Below are positions 29,243 to 40,200 of a stretch of 64,000 nt of DNA, one piece after another. The stretch's first letter is position 1. Each line of letters starts with the position of its first letter. Below the pieces are notes generated by a model. The model was not told the origin of the DNA. It ran no database searches and saw only the letters and a program-made list of their open reading frames with translations. The stretch comes from Bacilli bacterium (lineage in GTDB: Bacteria > Bacillota_I > Bacilli_A > RFN20 > CAG-826). A program made the position numbers and the translations under genes. The stretch lies in the NCBI GenBank assembly GCA_034185265.1, contig JAXFZD010000021.1, forward strand, positions 5,734 through 69,733, read 5' to 3'.

Positions 29243-31099
29243 ATGAGAAAGAAGAATTTAATTTCATTATTATTCCTTACAGCGATGTTTTCCGCTACTT
29301 CTTGTACTCTTAAAACCCAAGGAGATGCAGAAGATTATTACGTTGTAAAGTTTTATACTGATTTCGAAGGAATTCAGTATGATAGCTCAACTTTAAATAA
29401 TCCTGAAAAATATAAAGCTGCTAAATTTTTAGGAACTGGATACTTCTACAAGAAGAATTCAAATCTTTCTTCAGAACAGCAAGAAGAGGTTGCTGATGTT
29501 AGAATAAGCGATTTTTCTAATATTGACCGAAATGCTGATGCTTATGTTTCTGAAAGGAAAGAAACTAAAGCTTATAGATATAAATTTGATAAATTTGTAG
29601 GATTCTATGGCGATGGAACTCCTGTAGTTATGAATAATATAACCGGGAATTGCAACGTTTTTTCTCATTTTGAAGAAGTTACAAAGAATTATTTACTTAG
29701 AGTTTTCACTTCAGGTCAGCGTTTAATATTCACAGGAAATGTTGAATATGGAACTAAAGTCGGAGATAACTTAAGTGAAGAAGAAAAAACCGATTTACCA
29801 GTAGAACCAGATCATGATCCAGAAAAGACAAATGATGCTTACTACATGGTTTACCCATTTAAAGGCTATCAAGGAACTATAGCTGATGATAATGAAGAAG
29901 AAGTAAAAACTCCTTTATTAAGTAAAGAACAACTTTTAAATTGGACAGTTGAAGATAAGATCTCTTTCTATCCAGTTTTTGGAGATGAAGAGGATTCTAA
30001 AACTGCTGTTCCTTCTTACCATCCTTACTATAAAGATTACACAATCAATTATTATAAAACTAATGTCTTTACTCCTGAAAATCTTATTAAGAGTGAAGAA
30101 TATGAATGGGGACAACCTTTATCTTCTAAGCCAGTTGATGCTCCAGCTTGCAGCGAACCAGTAGATGAATCATTTACTTGGGAATTTAAGAGTTGGGTAG
30201 GCGAATATAATGTTGAAGACGAAACTGATCCTAGAGTTGAAAAAGCTTTACGTACTGCTGGACTTGATGGTGAGCTAGTTCCTTTCTCTGAAGATTTTGT
30301 TAGATATCACTGCAACGTTTATCCTTTATATGAAAAGGTTAAGAAACAAGTTAAATTTACTTGCTACATTAACCCAGATTATACAGAAACTAAAGAAGTT
30401 AACTTAGATTATGGTCAAACTGACTATACTTTACCAAAAGTTTCTGATACTTCTTCAAAGTGTTTCACTGGAAGATGGAAATTATCTCCAACAGGCGAAG
30501 CAATGGAACAAAGCGAGCTTCCAGTTAATGAAGATTTAGCAATTTATGCTGAATTTGTCGATACAGATTTAGTCTTAGGAACAGGAGAAAAGCTAAGCTT
30601 TAGAAAAGAATGTTTCATTGATTATGATGCTAACTCTAATACAACATATGATAGAGGTTATGTTCTAGAAAGTGTTCCAGATACACTTCATTCATTAGAT
30701 ATTGCTTCTTTACAAGCTGGACTACCAGTTCCAATTAAAGCTATTAATTTAGAGGATGCAACTCATCTAACTTCTATTACTTTAGATGAAAATATTACCT
30801 GTATTTATGCTAATTCATTCCGCGGAATTAAAGCAACTTCATTAGATTTATCTAATGCAAGTCACTTAATTAAAATTGATGCTCTTGCGTTCTCTTATGC
30901 AGATGCTTTAACTTCTCTTACTCTTCCTGCTTCAATTAAAGGATTAGGAAAAGGCATAATTCAAGGATGCGAAGCTTTAACTACAATCAATTTGAAAATG
31001 TCAGAAGCCAACTATAATTCTTATAAGAGCAGTGGATTAATTTCCTCTAAGTGGAATTATGTTGATTCCGTACTTAAAGTTGATCCAGCATTTATTTAA
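29243..31099 (+). CDS. lipoprotein with C-terminal BspA-type leucine-rich repeats
   Basis: Lipobox MFSATSCTL. The C-terminus (..HLTSITLDENITCIYANSFRG..ATSLDLSNASHLIKIDALAFSYADALTSLTLPASIKGLGKGIIQGCEALTTINL) has LRR_5/BspA-like periodicity. Confidence 0.75.
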   Translation: MRKKNLISLLFLTAMFSATSCTLKTQGDAEDYYVVKFYTDFEGIQYDSSTLNNPEKYKAAKFLGTGYFYKKNSNLSSEQQEEVADVRISDFSNIDRNADAYVSERKETKAYRYKFDKFVGFYGDGTPVVMNNITGNCNVFSHFEEVTKNYLLRVFTSGQRLIFTGNVEYGTKVGDNLSEEEKTDLPVEPDHDPEKTNDAYYMVYPFKGYQGTIADDNEEEVKTPLLSKEQLLNWTVEDKISFYPVFGDEEDSKTAVPSYHPYYKDYTINYYKTNVFTPENLIKSEEYEWGQPLSSKPVDAPACSEPVDESFTWEFKSWVGEYNVEDETDPRVEKALRTAGLDGELVPFSEDFVRYHCNVYPLYEKVKKQVKFTCYINPDYTETKEVNLDYGQTDYTLPKVSDTSSKCFTGRWKLSPTGEAMEQSELPVNEDLAIYAEFVDTDLVLGTGEKLSFRKECFIDYDANSNTTYDRGYVLESVPDTLHSLDIASLQAGLPVPIKAINLEDATHLTSITLDENITCIYANSFRGIKATSLDLSNASHLIKIDALAFSYADALTSLTLPASIKGLGKGIIQGCEALTTINLKMSEANYNSYKSSGLISSKWNYVDSVLKVDPAFI

Positions 31100-31100
31100 T

Positions 31101-31688
31101 TTATAAAATTAAAAACAATTTCAATTTTGTAATTGCTTTAGCTCGGTGACTAACCGAGTTTTTTTCTTGAGGAGAGCAAGTTCCAAAATAAAAATTACCC
31201 TCATCAGATTTAAATATAGGATCGTAACCAAAACCATTAGATCCATGAGGCTCTTCTAAAATGGTTCCAGGGCAAATTCCTTTAAAATAAAGGGGTTTTG
31301 CAATGGAATTTTGTAATAAACAAATAGTACAAACGAATTTTGCTCTGTTATTATTCTTCTTTTTTGTTTCTTTAATTATATAGGAAAAGCATTCTTCTCT
31401 ACTTGGGAAAGAAGAGAGAAATCTAGCGGTGTTTAATCCAGGTTTATTACCTAATGCTTCAATTTCTATCCCTGAATCATCAGAAATAACTGGGAAAGGA
31501 ACTAATTCAGCTAAAGCTTTCGCTTTCAGATATGAGTTTTCTTCGTAGTTTGCCCCAGTTTCATCAACCTCAACATTCAAATTCAAATCTGAAATTGAAT
31601 ATATTACATAGCCTAAAGGAGCCAAAATTTGGCGATATTCTTCTAGTTTATGAGCATTATTAGTGGCTAATACGATTTCTTTATTCAT
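31101..31688 (-). CDS. rdgB: dITP/XTP pyrophosphatase (RdgB/HAM1)
   Basis: VLATNNAHKLEEY, DDSG..IEAL..PG and GFGYDPIF motifs. Confidence 0.9.
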   Translation of the reverse strand: MNKEIVLATNNAHKLEEYRQILAPLGYVIYSISDLNLNVEVDETGANYEENSYLKAKALAELVPFPVISDDSGIEIEALGNKPGLNTARFLSSFPSREECFSYIIKETKKKNNNRAKFVCTICLLQNSIAKPLYFKGICPGTILEEPHGSNGFGYDPIFKSDEGNFYFGTCSPQEKNSVSHRAKAITKLKLFLIL

Positions 31689-31699
31689 GTTTTTCCTTT

Positions 31700-31723
31700 A
31701 AAAAAAGTTCGATTTTATCGAAC
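31700..31723 (-). terminator. rho-independent terminator after tRNA-Gly
   Basis: On the minus strand: GTTCGAT-AAA-ATCGAAC followed by TTTTTTT. It ends 11 nt before the rdgB ATG. Confidence 0.65.
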
Positions 31724-31736
31724 TAATTAATCAATC

Positions 31737-31810
31737 TGGAGCAGGTGACGAGAATCGAACTCGCATAATCAGCTTGGAAGGCTGATGTTCTACCACTGAA
31801 CTACACCTGC
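31737..31810 (-). tRNA. tRNA-Gly (anticodon UCC), CCA encoded
   Basis: The reverse complement folds as GCAGGTG-TA-GTTC-AGTGGTA-GAAC-A-TCAGC-CTTCCAA-GCTGA-TTAT-GCGAG-TTCGATT-CTCGT-CACCTGC-T-CCA. Confidence 0.92.
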
Positions 31811-31815
31811 GTGTC

Positions 31816-31892
31816 TGGCGGACCATACGAGATTCGAACTCGTGGTCTCTTCCGTGACAGGGAAGCATGTTAGGCCGCTACACCAATGGTCC
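31816..31892 (-). tRNA. tRNA-Asp (anticodon GUC), CCA encoded
   Basis: The reverse complement folds as GGACCAT-TG-GTGT-AGCGGCCTA-ACAT-G-CTTCC-CTGTCAC-GGAAG-AGACC-ACGAG-TTCGAAT-CTCGT-ATGGTCC-G-CCA. The discriminator G73 is typical of Asp. Confidence 0.9.
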
Positions 31893-31970
31893 GCGTGGCT
31901 TATATTAAATCACAATTTCAAGGACTTGAAAACACTTTTTTAATAAATATTAAAATTGTATTTTTTATCT

Positions 31971-32270
31971 TTATAAGCCTAAAAATTCGAGAACTTTAAC
32001 TTTTGGTTGATATCCAAGAGCTTGATTAACTTTCTCTCCATTCTCAAAATAAATAAGAGTAGGGATGGAATAAATTCCATATAAAGAAGCAAGCTCGCCG
32101 TTTTCATCAACATTAACTTTTAATACTTTAAGTTCTGGATGTTCTTCAGCAATTTGTTCGATGATTGGAGCAAGCATTTTGCATGGTCCACACCAATCAG
32201 CATAGAAATCTACTAAGACTTTTCCTGCAGCAACTTCTTTTTTAAATTGTTCTAAACTTGTAATTTCCAT
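31971..32270 (-). CDS. trxA: thioredoxin
   Basis: WCGPCK active site, 99 aa, RBS AGGAGG. Confidence 0.95.
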   Translation of the reverse strand: MEITSLEQFKKEVAAGKVLVDFYADWCGPCKMLAPIIEQIAEEHPELKVLKVNVDENGELASLYGIYSIPTLIYFENGEKVNQALGYQPKVKVLEFLGL

Positions 32271-32281
32271 TATTTTTCCTC

Positions 32282-33205
32282 CTATAAAGCAAATTCAAAG
32301 ATCAGATATATTATAAATAAATGAAGTGGAAAATAAAGATAAGAGAATATTCTGAAGAACTTAGAATCATATCCTCTTTTTCCGTTATATAACATAATAG
32401 GTAATATTGCTAAAATCGCGTAAGATTGGAATCCACTTATATGTTTATAAGAATATGACATTCCGATTATATCTAATCTAGGACCGATCTCTGGATAATA
32501 TTTAATAACATAGAATATGACATTAATCGTAAAGAAAAGTACACAAGAAACTATATTTATTAATCTGCTATATAAGATAGAATTAACCAAAGTTTCATCT
32601 GACATTCCTAGATCTTCGCTTTGTTTAGTAAGAAGGAATTTAGCGATTGGTCTAGCATAGAAGAACCCTAAAGTAATTAATAATCCATATATTCCATAAG
32701 AAGATCTAAACATTAATGGCAGCCAATAAATAGTTTTCGAATATAAAGATTCATAAGTTGATAACGCTGTCATTCCAATAGTAATGGCGGCAGGGATAAG
32801 AGCGAGAATCTTTAATTTATTTTTCCTAGTTAAGAAATATAGGACTAAACCATTTAAAACTAAGTCAGTAAAAGGATTTTGGAAATTTACATCAACTTTA
32901 GCAACTCCTTTTAGTCCATAAGTAGTAATAACTTGGAAAAGAGTAATTCCTAAATAAACTAAGAATAATCTAGCTAAATATTTTTCTTTATGTTTAGAAT
33001 GGAACATTCCTTCTGCAAGCATTAAAGCAAATAGTGGAAAGGCAATTCTTCCAAATATACGGAAAATCTCTCCTGTAAAATATTGAGCTGAAGTAGTTGC
33101 GTAACGTTCAATTAGAAAAATACCAATATGATCTAAAGTCATCATTAAAATAGCGATGATTTTAAGTCCAAATGAAGATATGGAAAAACGTTGCTTTTCT
33201 ACCAT
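32282..33205 (-). CDS. TraX-family membrane protein
   Basis: [15 protein letters not shown] at the N-terminus and a polytopic 307-aa protein, typical of the TraX family. Confidence 0.7.
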   Translation of the reverse strand: MVEKQRFSISSFGLKIIAILMMTLDHIGIFLIERYATTSAQYFTGEIFRIFGRIAFPLFALMLAEGMFHSKHKEKYLARLFLVYLGITLFQVITTYGLKGVAKVDVNFQNPFTDLVLNGLVLYFLTRKNKLKILALIPAAITIGMTALSTYESLYSKTIYWLPLMFRSSYGIYGLLITLGFFYARPIAKFLLTKQSEDLGMSDETLVNSILYSRLINIVSCVLFFTINVIFYVIKYYPEIGPRLDIIGMSYSYKHISGFQSYAILAILPIMLYNGKRGYDSKFFRIFSYLYFPLHLFIIYLIFEFAL

Positions 33206-34161
33206 ATTTGAATAGACGCCCTCGCTGTTTTAAAGAAATTAGCATTTATAAATAAAGGAATTCTTGTAACTTGAACTAGACCCGCTTGAGAACCAAGAAT
33301 TTGGAAATAAGAGATAGCATTAATGGTTACATGAGCTAAGAAAGCTGCTCCAAATCCTCCAAAATCATAAGCCAAAGTTAAGACTAATCCTCCAAGAAGA
33401 TATGAAGGCATTGAAATTATTTCGTTGAGAAGCTCTTCGCCTCTAATTCCAGAGAAAATTATGTCCCAATCGATGTGAATAGACATAAATACAAGCATTG
33501 AAGCAATATAGGCAATTGGCTTTCCAAATCTACTTGTGAAATTAAATAAGCCGACCCTGTATGTTAATTCTTCTACAAATGGAGCAAGTAAAACGACGAC
33601 AAAAAACATCAAAGCAGGGTTCATTCTTATCATTTTTATGACTTCAAGTTGATTTTTTGAATCTCCAGAAGGGGGAGTTTGACCAATCGCGTTGAAAATA
33701 CCTAAAACAATAGCATTATTTATTAAAGAACCAACAACATTAGCAACTAGAGCCCCAATTCCTACTAAAACAAAAATAGTTGCGAAGGATCTGCCAAATT
33801 GCTTTCTTTCCTTTAAAACTACAAGTGCCATAATGATTGCAGTGGCAAAGAAAGAGATAGAATTCGCTACAACCATATACTCAGTTGATTCAACATATAA
33901 CTGCAAAGTCTCTTTTCCATAGTTAGAGATGTAGATCATTTGCATTATAAAAGCAACGATAATCCCGATTATAGATTTCCCTAATAAGCCTATAAAAAAT
34001 AGAGCTAATTCTTTTGTATAAGAAATGTGAATTTGATGGTTAAATTGTGAATTTAAACGGGAATTTACGGAGATTTCACCACATTTTGGACATTTTGAAA
34101 CCTTAGCGTCATAACCGCATCCACAGTGCTTACATCTTTGCTTTCCAAAGTACAAATTCAT
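33199..34161 (-). CDS. CPBP-family intramembrane glutamic protease with N-terminal zinc ribbon
   Basis: N-terminal CKHC..(x11)..CPKC. CPBP motifs are present: FVEELTYRVGLF (EExxxR) and FLAHVTINAISY (HxxxN). Confidence 0.8.
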   Translation of the reverse strand: MNLYFGKQRCKHCGCGYDAKVSKCPKCGEISVNSRLNSQFNHQIHISYTKELALFFIGLLGKSIIGIIVAFIMQMIYISNYGKETLQLYVESTEYMVVANSISFFATAIIMALVVLKERKQFGRSFATIFVLVGIGALVANVVGSLINNAIVLGIFNAIGQTPPSGDSKNQLEVIKMIRMNPALMFFVVVLLAPFVEELTYRVGLFNFTSRFGKPIAYIASMLVFMSIHIDWDIIFSGIRGEELLNEIISMPSYLLGGLVLTLAYDFGGFGAAFLAHVTINAISYFQILGSQAGLVQVTRIPLFINANFFKTARASIQIW

Positions 34162-34246
34162 AGACCTGGCATAGTATAAACATTTTTTAAAATTAAAACT
34201 ACTAAGAAACTTTCTTTTAATTTATAATTAAAAAAAGGAGTCTGTT

Positions 34247-37200
34247 ATGGCGAAAATGAATTTGTTAGCTGATATGAGCGGTACTATTTCAATGGTTGAA
34301 ACAATTTTGTTATGCGTAGGTATCGGTCTTATCGTAGTTTTAGTACTTTGTTTTTTAAGAGGATTACTTAGAGGTTGGAAATATGGAACCTATCGTTTAG
34401 TTTTCATTGGAATCTTGATTGCAATTGCAGTTTGTATCCTAGGTTCTGTTTCTCAAGCAATAGGAGAATTTAATATTAGCAACTTTGTTGGGAAAATATC
34501 TTTCAATTTAAATAATAAAACGGTTGTTGTGACTCCTCAAACCGTTTTCCAAACATTAAAAGATTTAATTTACGGTATAGCTGATGCATATAACGTTAAA
34601 TCTAGTCCTGCAGAACTTCTAAATTATTCTTATGCTTTAGCATCCTCAACATTAAAGCTACTTACTTTAGCAGCAGAAATGTTAATTATTATCATTATTG
34701 GACAACTTCTTTGCCTTCTTTTCTGGCACGTTCTTTTCAAAAGAATCTTTATGCGTAAAGAAAGAGCTGCTAAGAAAGCTGCTAAATTGCAAAAGCAACA
34801 AATGGGAGTTGATGGTACAGTTCAAGGAACAGGGGAAGTTAAGAAATATAGAAAATTACGCTTAGTTTCTGCTTTTGAAGAATTTGTTTTAGCAACGGTT
34901 TGTGTATGCTTATTCTTAATGCCATTTACTGCAATCGCATCCGCAGTTAAAAATAATTTCAAAGTAAAAAATGAAGATCTTAATGGAAACGAGATCTTAA
35001 TTAATGTCAATAATATGCTCAACGCATATGATAATTCGATTATGTCTAAGATTTTCTTCGATTGGACTAAAGGCGATGGAACTAAATCATTAGATATGAG
35101 CTTAATGGATTTCCTAGGAACTGGGGAATATGGGACTGTAAAAACTTCCTTGATTAATGAAGTTTCCAATATTGCTTCTGTTGGAGGAAAAGTTGTTAAT
35201 TCTGGCCTTCTTAAATCCTTCAATCAATCTGGAGGAATTAAGTGGTACATGCTTTTAACTTGTTCAACCATTCCTGAAATTATTACTACAATCGCAAATG
35301 TTGATTTAGTTAAAATCGTTTTACCATTCGCGGTTAATATCGCAATGAATATGGAAGATGTTAAGAATGTTCTTGGCGAAGAAACAATTGCTTATTTAAC
35401 TGATGAAAAGAATCAAATTAACTGGACAAACGAACTTAAAAACCTTTCTACTGTCTATCAAAATCTCCTTGATTCAGGCTTATTTAACTGTATTGTTGAG
35501 GAAGATGAATATCTCAAGATTCCTCGTTTTAATCTAAAACAGGTTTATGAATTAATTAGCTCTGATTCAACTAAAACTCAAATTCATAATCTAACTAATA
35601 ATCTTAATGATTCAAAGGTTTTAAATAGAATCGTCACAGGTTTAACCTACACAATGTCTACCAAAGAAGAAGTAAACGACGATCCTGATGTAGTTACAGT
35701 TGGACTTTCTGATTTCTTACCTAAAGAAGGTGGAAATGTTTCTTATAACAAGATGACCAGCATGGATTGGTTTAGAGAATTAAGAATCGTTTATGATGGA
35801 TTCTATGATTTAAACAAAGTTAATCCAACTCAAGTTAAGAAACTTTTTGATGACGTTCCTTCTTATTATGATCCTGAACAACCAGTTGATAGTAGTGAAG
35901 AAGAAGGCTACATCAAATTTGGACCAGTTAAAATTAAAACAAATTCATTAACTGATGTAGTTATCGATAACGTTTCCGGAATAACTGACATTCTTGTTGG
36001 TAAATTTAATAATACTGAACCTATTGTAGATGCTAAAGGTAATTCTACCCAAGGAAACTGTATGTTAGACTCTGACTTATTAGCTAACGGTATGCCTAAA
36101 ATACTTGATGTTATCGAGAAAACCGTCAATGATTCTAGCGAAACAAAGATTAATTTAGATGACGCTAGAGCTGCATTAAATAGTGAAGATACCCCAACAT
36201 TAAAGAAGAATTTCAAGAAAGAATATAAGCATGTTCTTGAAGTTTTAGGTGACTTTGCCGCAACTGATGATGGAAAAGCTTTCTTAAAAGATTTAGAAAA
36301 TCATCCAGGATTATATTTTGATCCAACTGGAGCTCTTTATGATGTTAAAGAATCTTTAGTTGACTCCTTAATGGAAGGTATTCAAAATGTAGATAATTCT
36401 CTTATTTTAACCGGAATTATCCCAGCATTTGCTGATAATTTACTTACTTCTTTCAAAGAAAGTTTAACTGACCTTGGAATGAGTGAATTTAAATTCCCAA
36501 AACAAAATTTAGGAACCGAACTTTCTAAATTATTCTCAATTCTTAAATATTCTAAGAACGTAGTTTTAAATAGCTCTCAAATTAATTCTCTAGCTTCCGC
36601 AGGACATTTATTAACAAACTACTCAGATGAACTAATTCATTTAATCGACACAGTCGCTCAATCTAAGATTTTAAATCCAGAAAATGTTGAAGTTGGGGGA
36701 GTAACTTATGCTAAAAACTACAATTTAACGCAATTACTTAACAATATCTTCTCTAAACTTGGTGATGAAGAAGCAAAATTAACCGTTGATGAAGTTAACT
36801 CAGTTTCTAATTTATATAATCCAATTAACTATCGCGGAGAATATTTGCAACCTGTAAGTGAAACTAGTGCAGAATCTTCTCTTTTAGTCAACTTTATGAA
36901 GAGATTAGCGGATTCTCCATCATTCGATAGATTAGATAAGCTTTCCTTAGATACAACATCTTTAGGAACAAAAATTGAAATAATTTCTACCTTAAACTTA
37001 GAAGATATCTTTACTCCTGTAGATGATTCTTATTTCTTACCTAAGATTATGTCTTCAGTCTTAGATAAAGCTTTTGAAGAAGTTTTAGATCTAAAAAATT
37101 TAGGAATGACTGGACAAGTTTCATTTAAGAATATTGCTAAAGGTCATTGGCAAGCTGAAGGAAGATATTTCAATTCAATTATTTATGCCGCAAGTAACGG

Positions 37201-40200
37201 ATTAGATTTAGCAAATCTTAACTTCCTAACTGTAGATTCTAATTTACTTAGTGAAGTTTTAGTTAACTTAGCAAGTAGCAATATATTCGTTCAAAATGGA
37301 GAATATGTCTTCCCTAAATTCCTCTATAACAAGTTAATTATGTCTATGGATAAAGATTATTTAGGTTATGTTTGCGATCCTTATGTAACTCAAGCTCAAA
37401 TCGATCAAGCCTGTGCATCTTCTGCCACTATCGTAGATAAACAAGAACTTACTACAGGGCTTCAAGGAGATATTTTATCTTTATCTTCAAAATCTGATTG
37501 GCTAGGTGAAGGAAAAGAAATTGAAAGACTTACTCGCACATTAAATGGACTTAATGCTATTGGCGGTCCAGAAAAAATCGAGAAATTTAACTACGAATCT
37601 CTTCCTTTATTCTCTCAAGTCTTAAAAGATATCAACGAATGTAGATCTTTCGGCAGAGTCGTTTTATATAACGCATGTAAAACTGCTATTTCCGATGTTG
37701 ATTTAAAACAAACAGTTGGTGATGAATCAATTATCGTCATGAGCGATGCTAATACAATTTATCTCTGGGAAGCGAGTAGAGAAGCAAGAACTCAAGAAAT
37801 TAACGATATGGTCGATATTTTCTATAGACTATATGATCCTCATTACGGATTAATTCAATCTGAAAAAGGTTCTTCAACATTCTCTTTAGGTAATATTGAT
37901 CCTGACTATTTACTAGAACCTCTTCTAAAAGGAATGAAAGCTTCTACTATCTTTGGAGTTAGAGGTCATGATGAACACGGAAAACAAAACGCCTATTCTA
38001 TCTTTGAAGAGCTCATGATTGAATTCGTCGCTAGAGCTGGAGTTTATGCTGATGCAGGAAAAACTGCTCCATATTATGCTCCAATAAATCTTCAAACAAA
38101 TAAGAGCATTTCTGAAATGGTTTTAGATGTTAGTGAAGCTAATGGATGGGAAGCAGAAATTGATTCAATTGTTAAATTAGTTAAAGATTTAAAGAGTTCC
38201 CCATTCTTAAATTCTAGCGGTGGAATTGACTTCTCCATGTTCTCTAAAAAAGATTTCTTCCAAGGAAATCCAGCTTATTTAGAAAGTGTTTCCACTTCCT
38301 TAAATTTAATCATGAACGATATTAATTCTTCTGAAGTTCTTTATAGATGCTTACCTTCTAAATTAGAAACTCCTATGAAACAAGTTGGCGATCCAGGAAG
38401 TGATTTACGTAATATCTTAGGTAAAGCTGACTTCTATTACACAACTAATGGAGAAAGTGATCCAGAAAAGATTGACTACGGCAAATTTTCAACTGAAGAA
38501 ATCGATAATTTCATCAATTCTATATTTACTTTAGGTAAATTATCTAATGCTAACTTCACTAATCTTTCTACAATTGATTTTGAAACATTAACCGATGGCA
38601 TTGCTTTAATGGGGCCAAGTGGAATCTTCAATAGTAAGAAAGATGGCGAAGGACTTACTTCATTTACAGCTATTATTAAAAGAGTCCTTAATATTGAAAA
38701 ATTAGGTCAATATTTATACATGGAATCTTCACCTAAAGATGCATATCACATTTCTCAAGGTCACTATAATTCTTATGAAGGAAAAGTCCTTTACACAATT
38801 AATAACGTCTTTGGACAATATAAATATGATTCTGCAAAGTTAAAAACTCAAATTTATAAATATATTAACGGAAGAAATGATACAAGCTTATATTCTCTAC
38901 TAAATAAGATCACTAATCCTAGAATTTCTTCAATTCTTGATAGTTCAACAACCGACTTACAAAATCTTTCCTACGAAGATTCTTATTACTTACTTAGCGC
39001 GTTAAATAACAACGAATTCTTCTACGATGCTGTTCCTAATTTACTCGCTAAACTTACAACTAATACAAGTTATAAAGTTGAGAACATCTTCTTAGATTCA
39101 GCGAACATTTTCTATCATTACGATCAAGCTAACAACAAATATGATGCTAAATTCGATGACAGTGAATTATCAATTGTTTTGATTATCTTTAATGAATTAA
39201 AGAGTGCACAAAGCGTTCTTAATACAATGGATTTAAATTCTATCGACTTAGATTTAATTCATAACTTACTCGTAGATATGTCTAACTCTGAAATCTTCCA
39301 TGAAGCCGGAGCTTATAAAAATGGATCTGGCTATGGAGACTTTGTCTATAACGCTGTAACAGATAAAGTTGAAAAGACCAAGATGTCTATTTATGAACAA
39401 TTCATGTTCAATTTATACAAGAAGAGTTCCTTAGGAAAACAAGATTATCAAGAAGGAATTGATTACGAATATTATTCAAAATACGGGGCTTCTGCGCAGT
39501 ATTACAAATTATATGACTCAATTTCTAACTTTAACGGATCTTGGCTAAAAGAAGTTGATACTCTTATTGGTAAAGATTCTGAACCTACTTTAGGCTTCCT
39601 TTCTTACGCTAAATCTTTAGGCTTTGCTACAACCGGAAGTGTTAACTATAGCAACGAAACCTTATCTAAATTAAATCCAGATAACTTAATGATTTTATTT
39701 GGAAAATTAAATGATTTATCTATCACTTCTGACGCTGCAAGAAATACAATGGCTTCGCTTCTTACTAGTGATGGCGGATCTAATGGTATCGGTTTAAATA
39801 AATATTCTGCTTACGTTGACACAGCTGCTGGAAATATTACCAATTTTACTAATGTAACTAAAGACGATGTTCCAGTAAAAGTTAATTATATTTCTTCAAT
39901 AACTGAATCTACTTATCAAATTAGATCTGTAGTTGGAAATTATGATTTAAGTGGACTTGTTAGTGTAAGTGAAAATGCTGGAGTTTATACATACGATTTA
40001 CATAAATTAACCGATAAGTATGTAATAACTTTCGCAACTCAGTTAGATAGTGCTACAGTTTCTTACGATTCTTTATATTACTTACAAACTAAAGATGAAA
40101 TGACAAATAAAGACATGATCGGACTACATGCCTTCTTACAATCTGCATGGCATGATAATGGTGATGGAACTGGTTCTTACTTCGAATTTAAGACCAATGC

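Noticed and set aside
31917-31930. Palindrome TTCAAGGACTTGAA between trxA and tRNA-Asp, considered as a trxA terminator
   Set aside because: The loop is too small and no T-tract follows on the minus strand. It more likely overlaps the tRNA promoter region. I do not call it.
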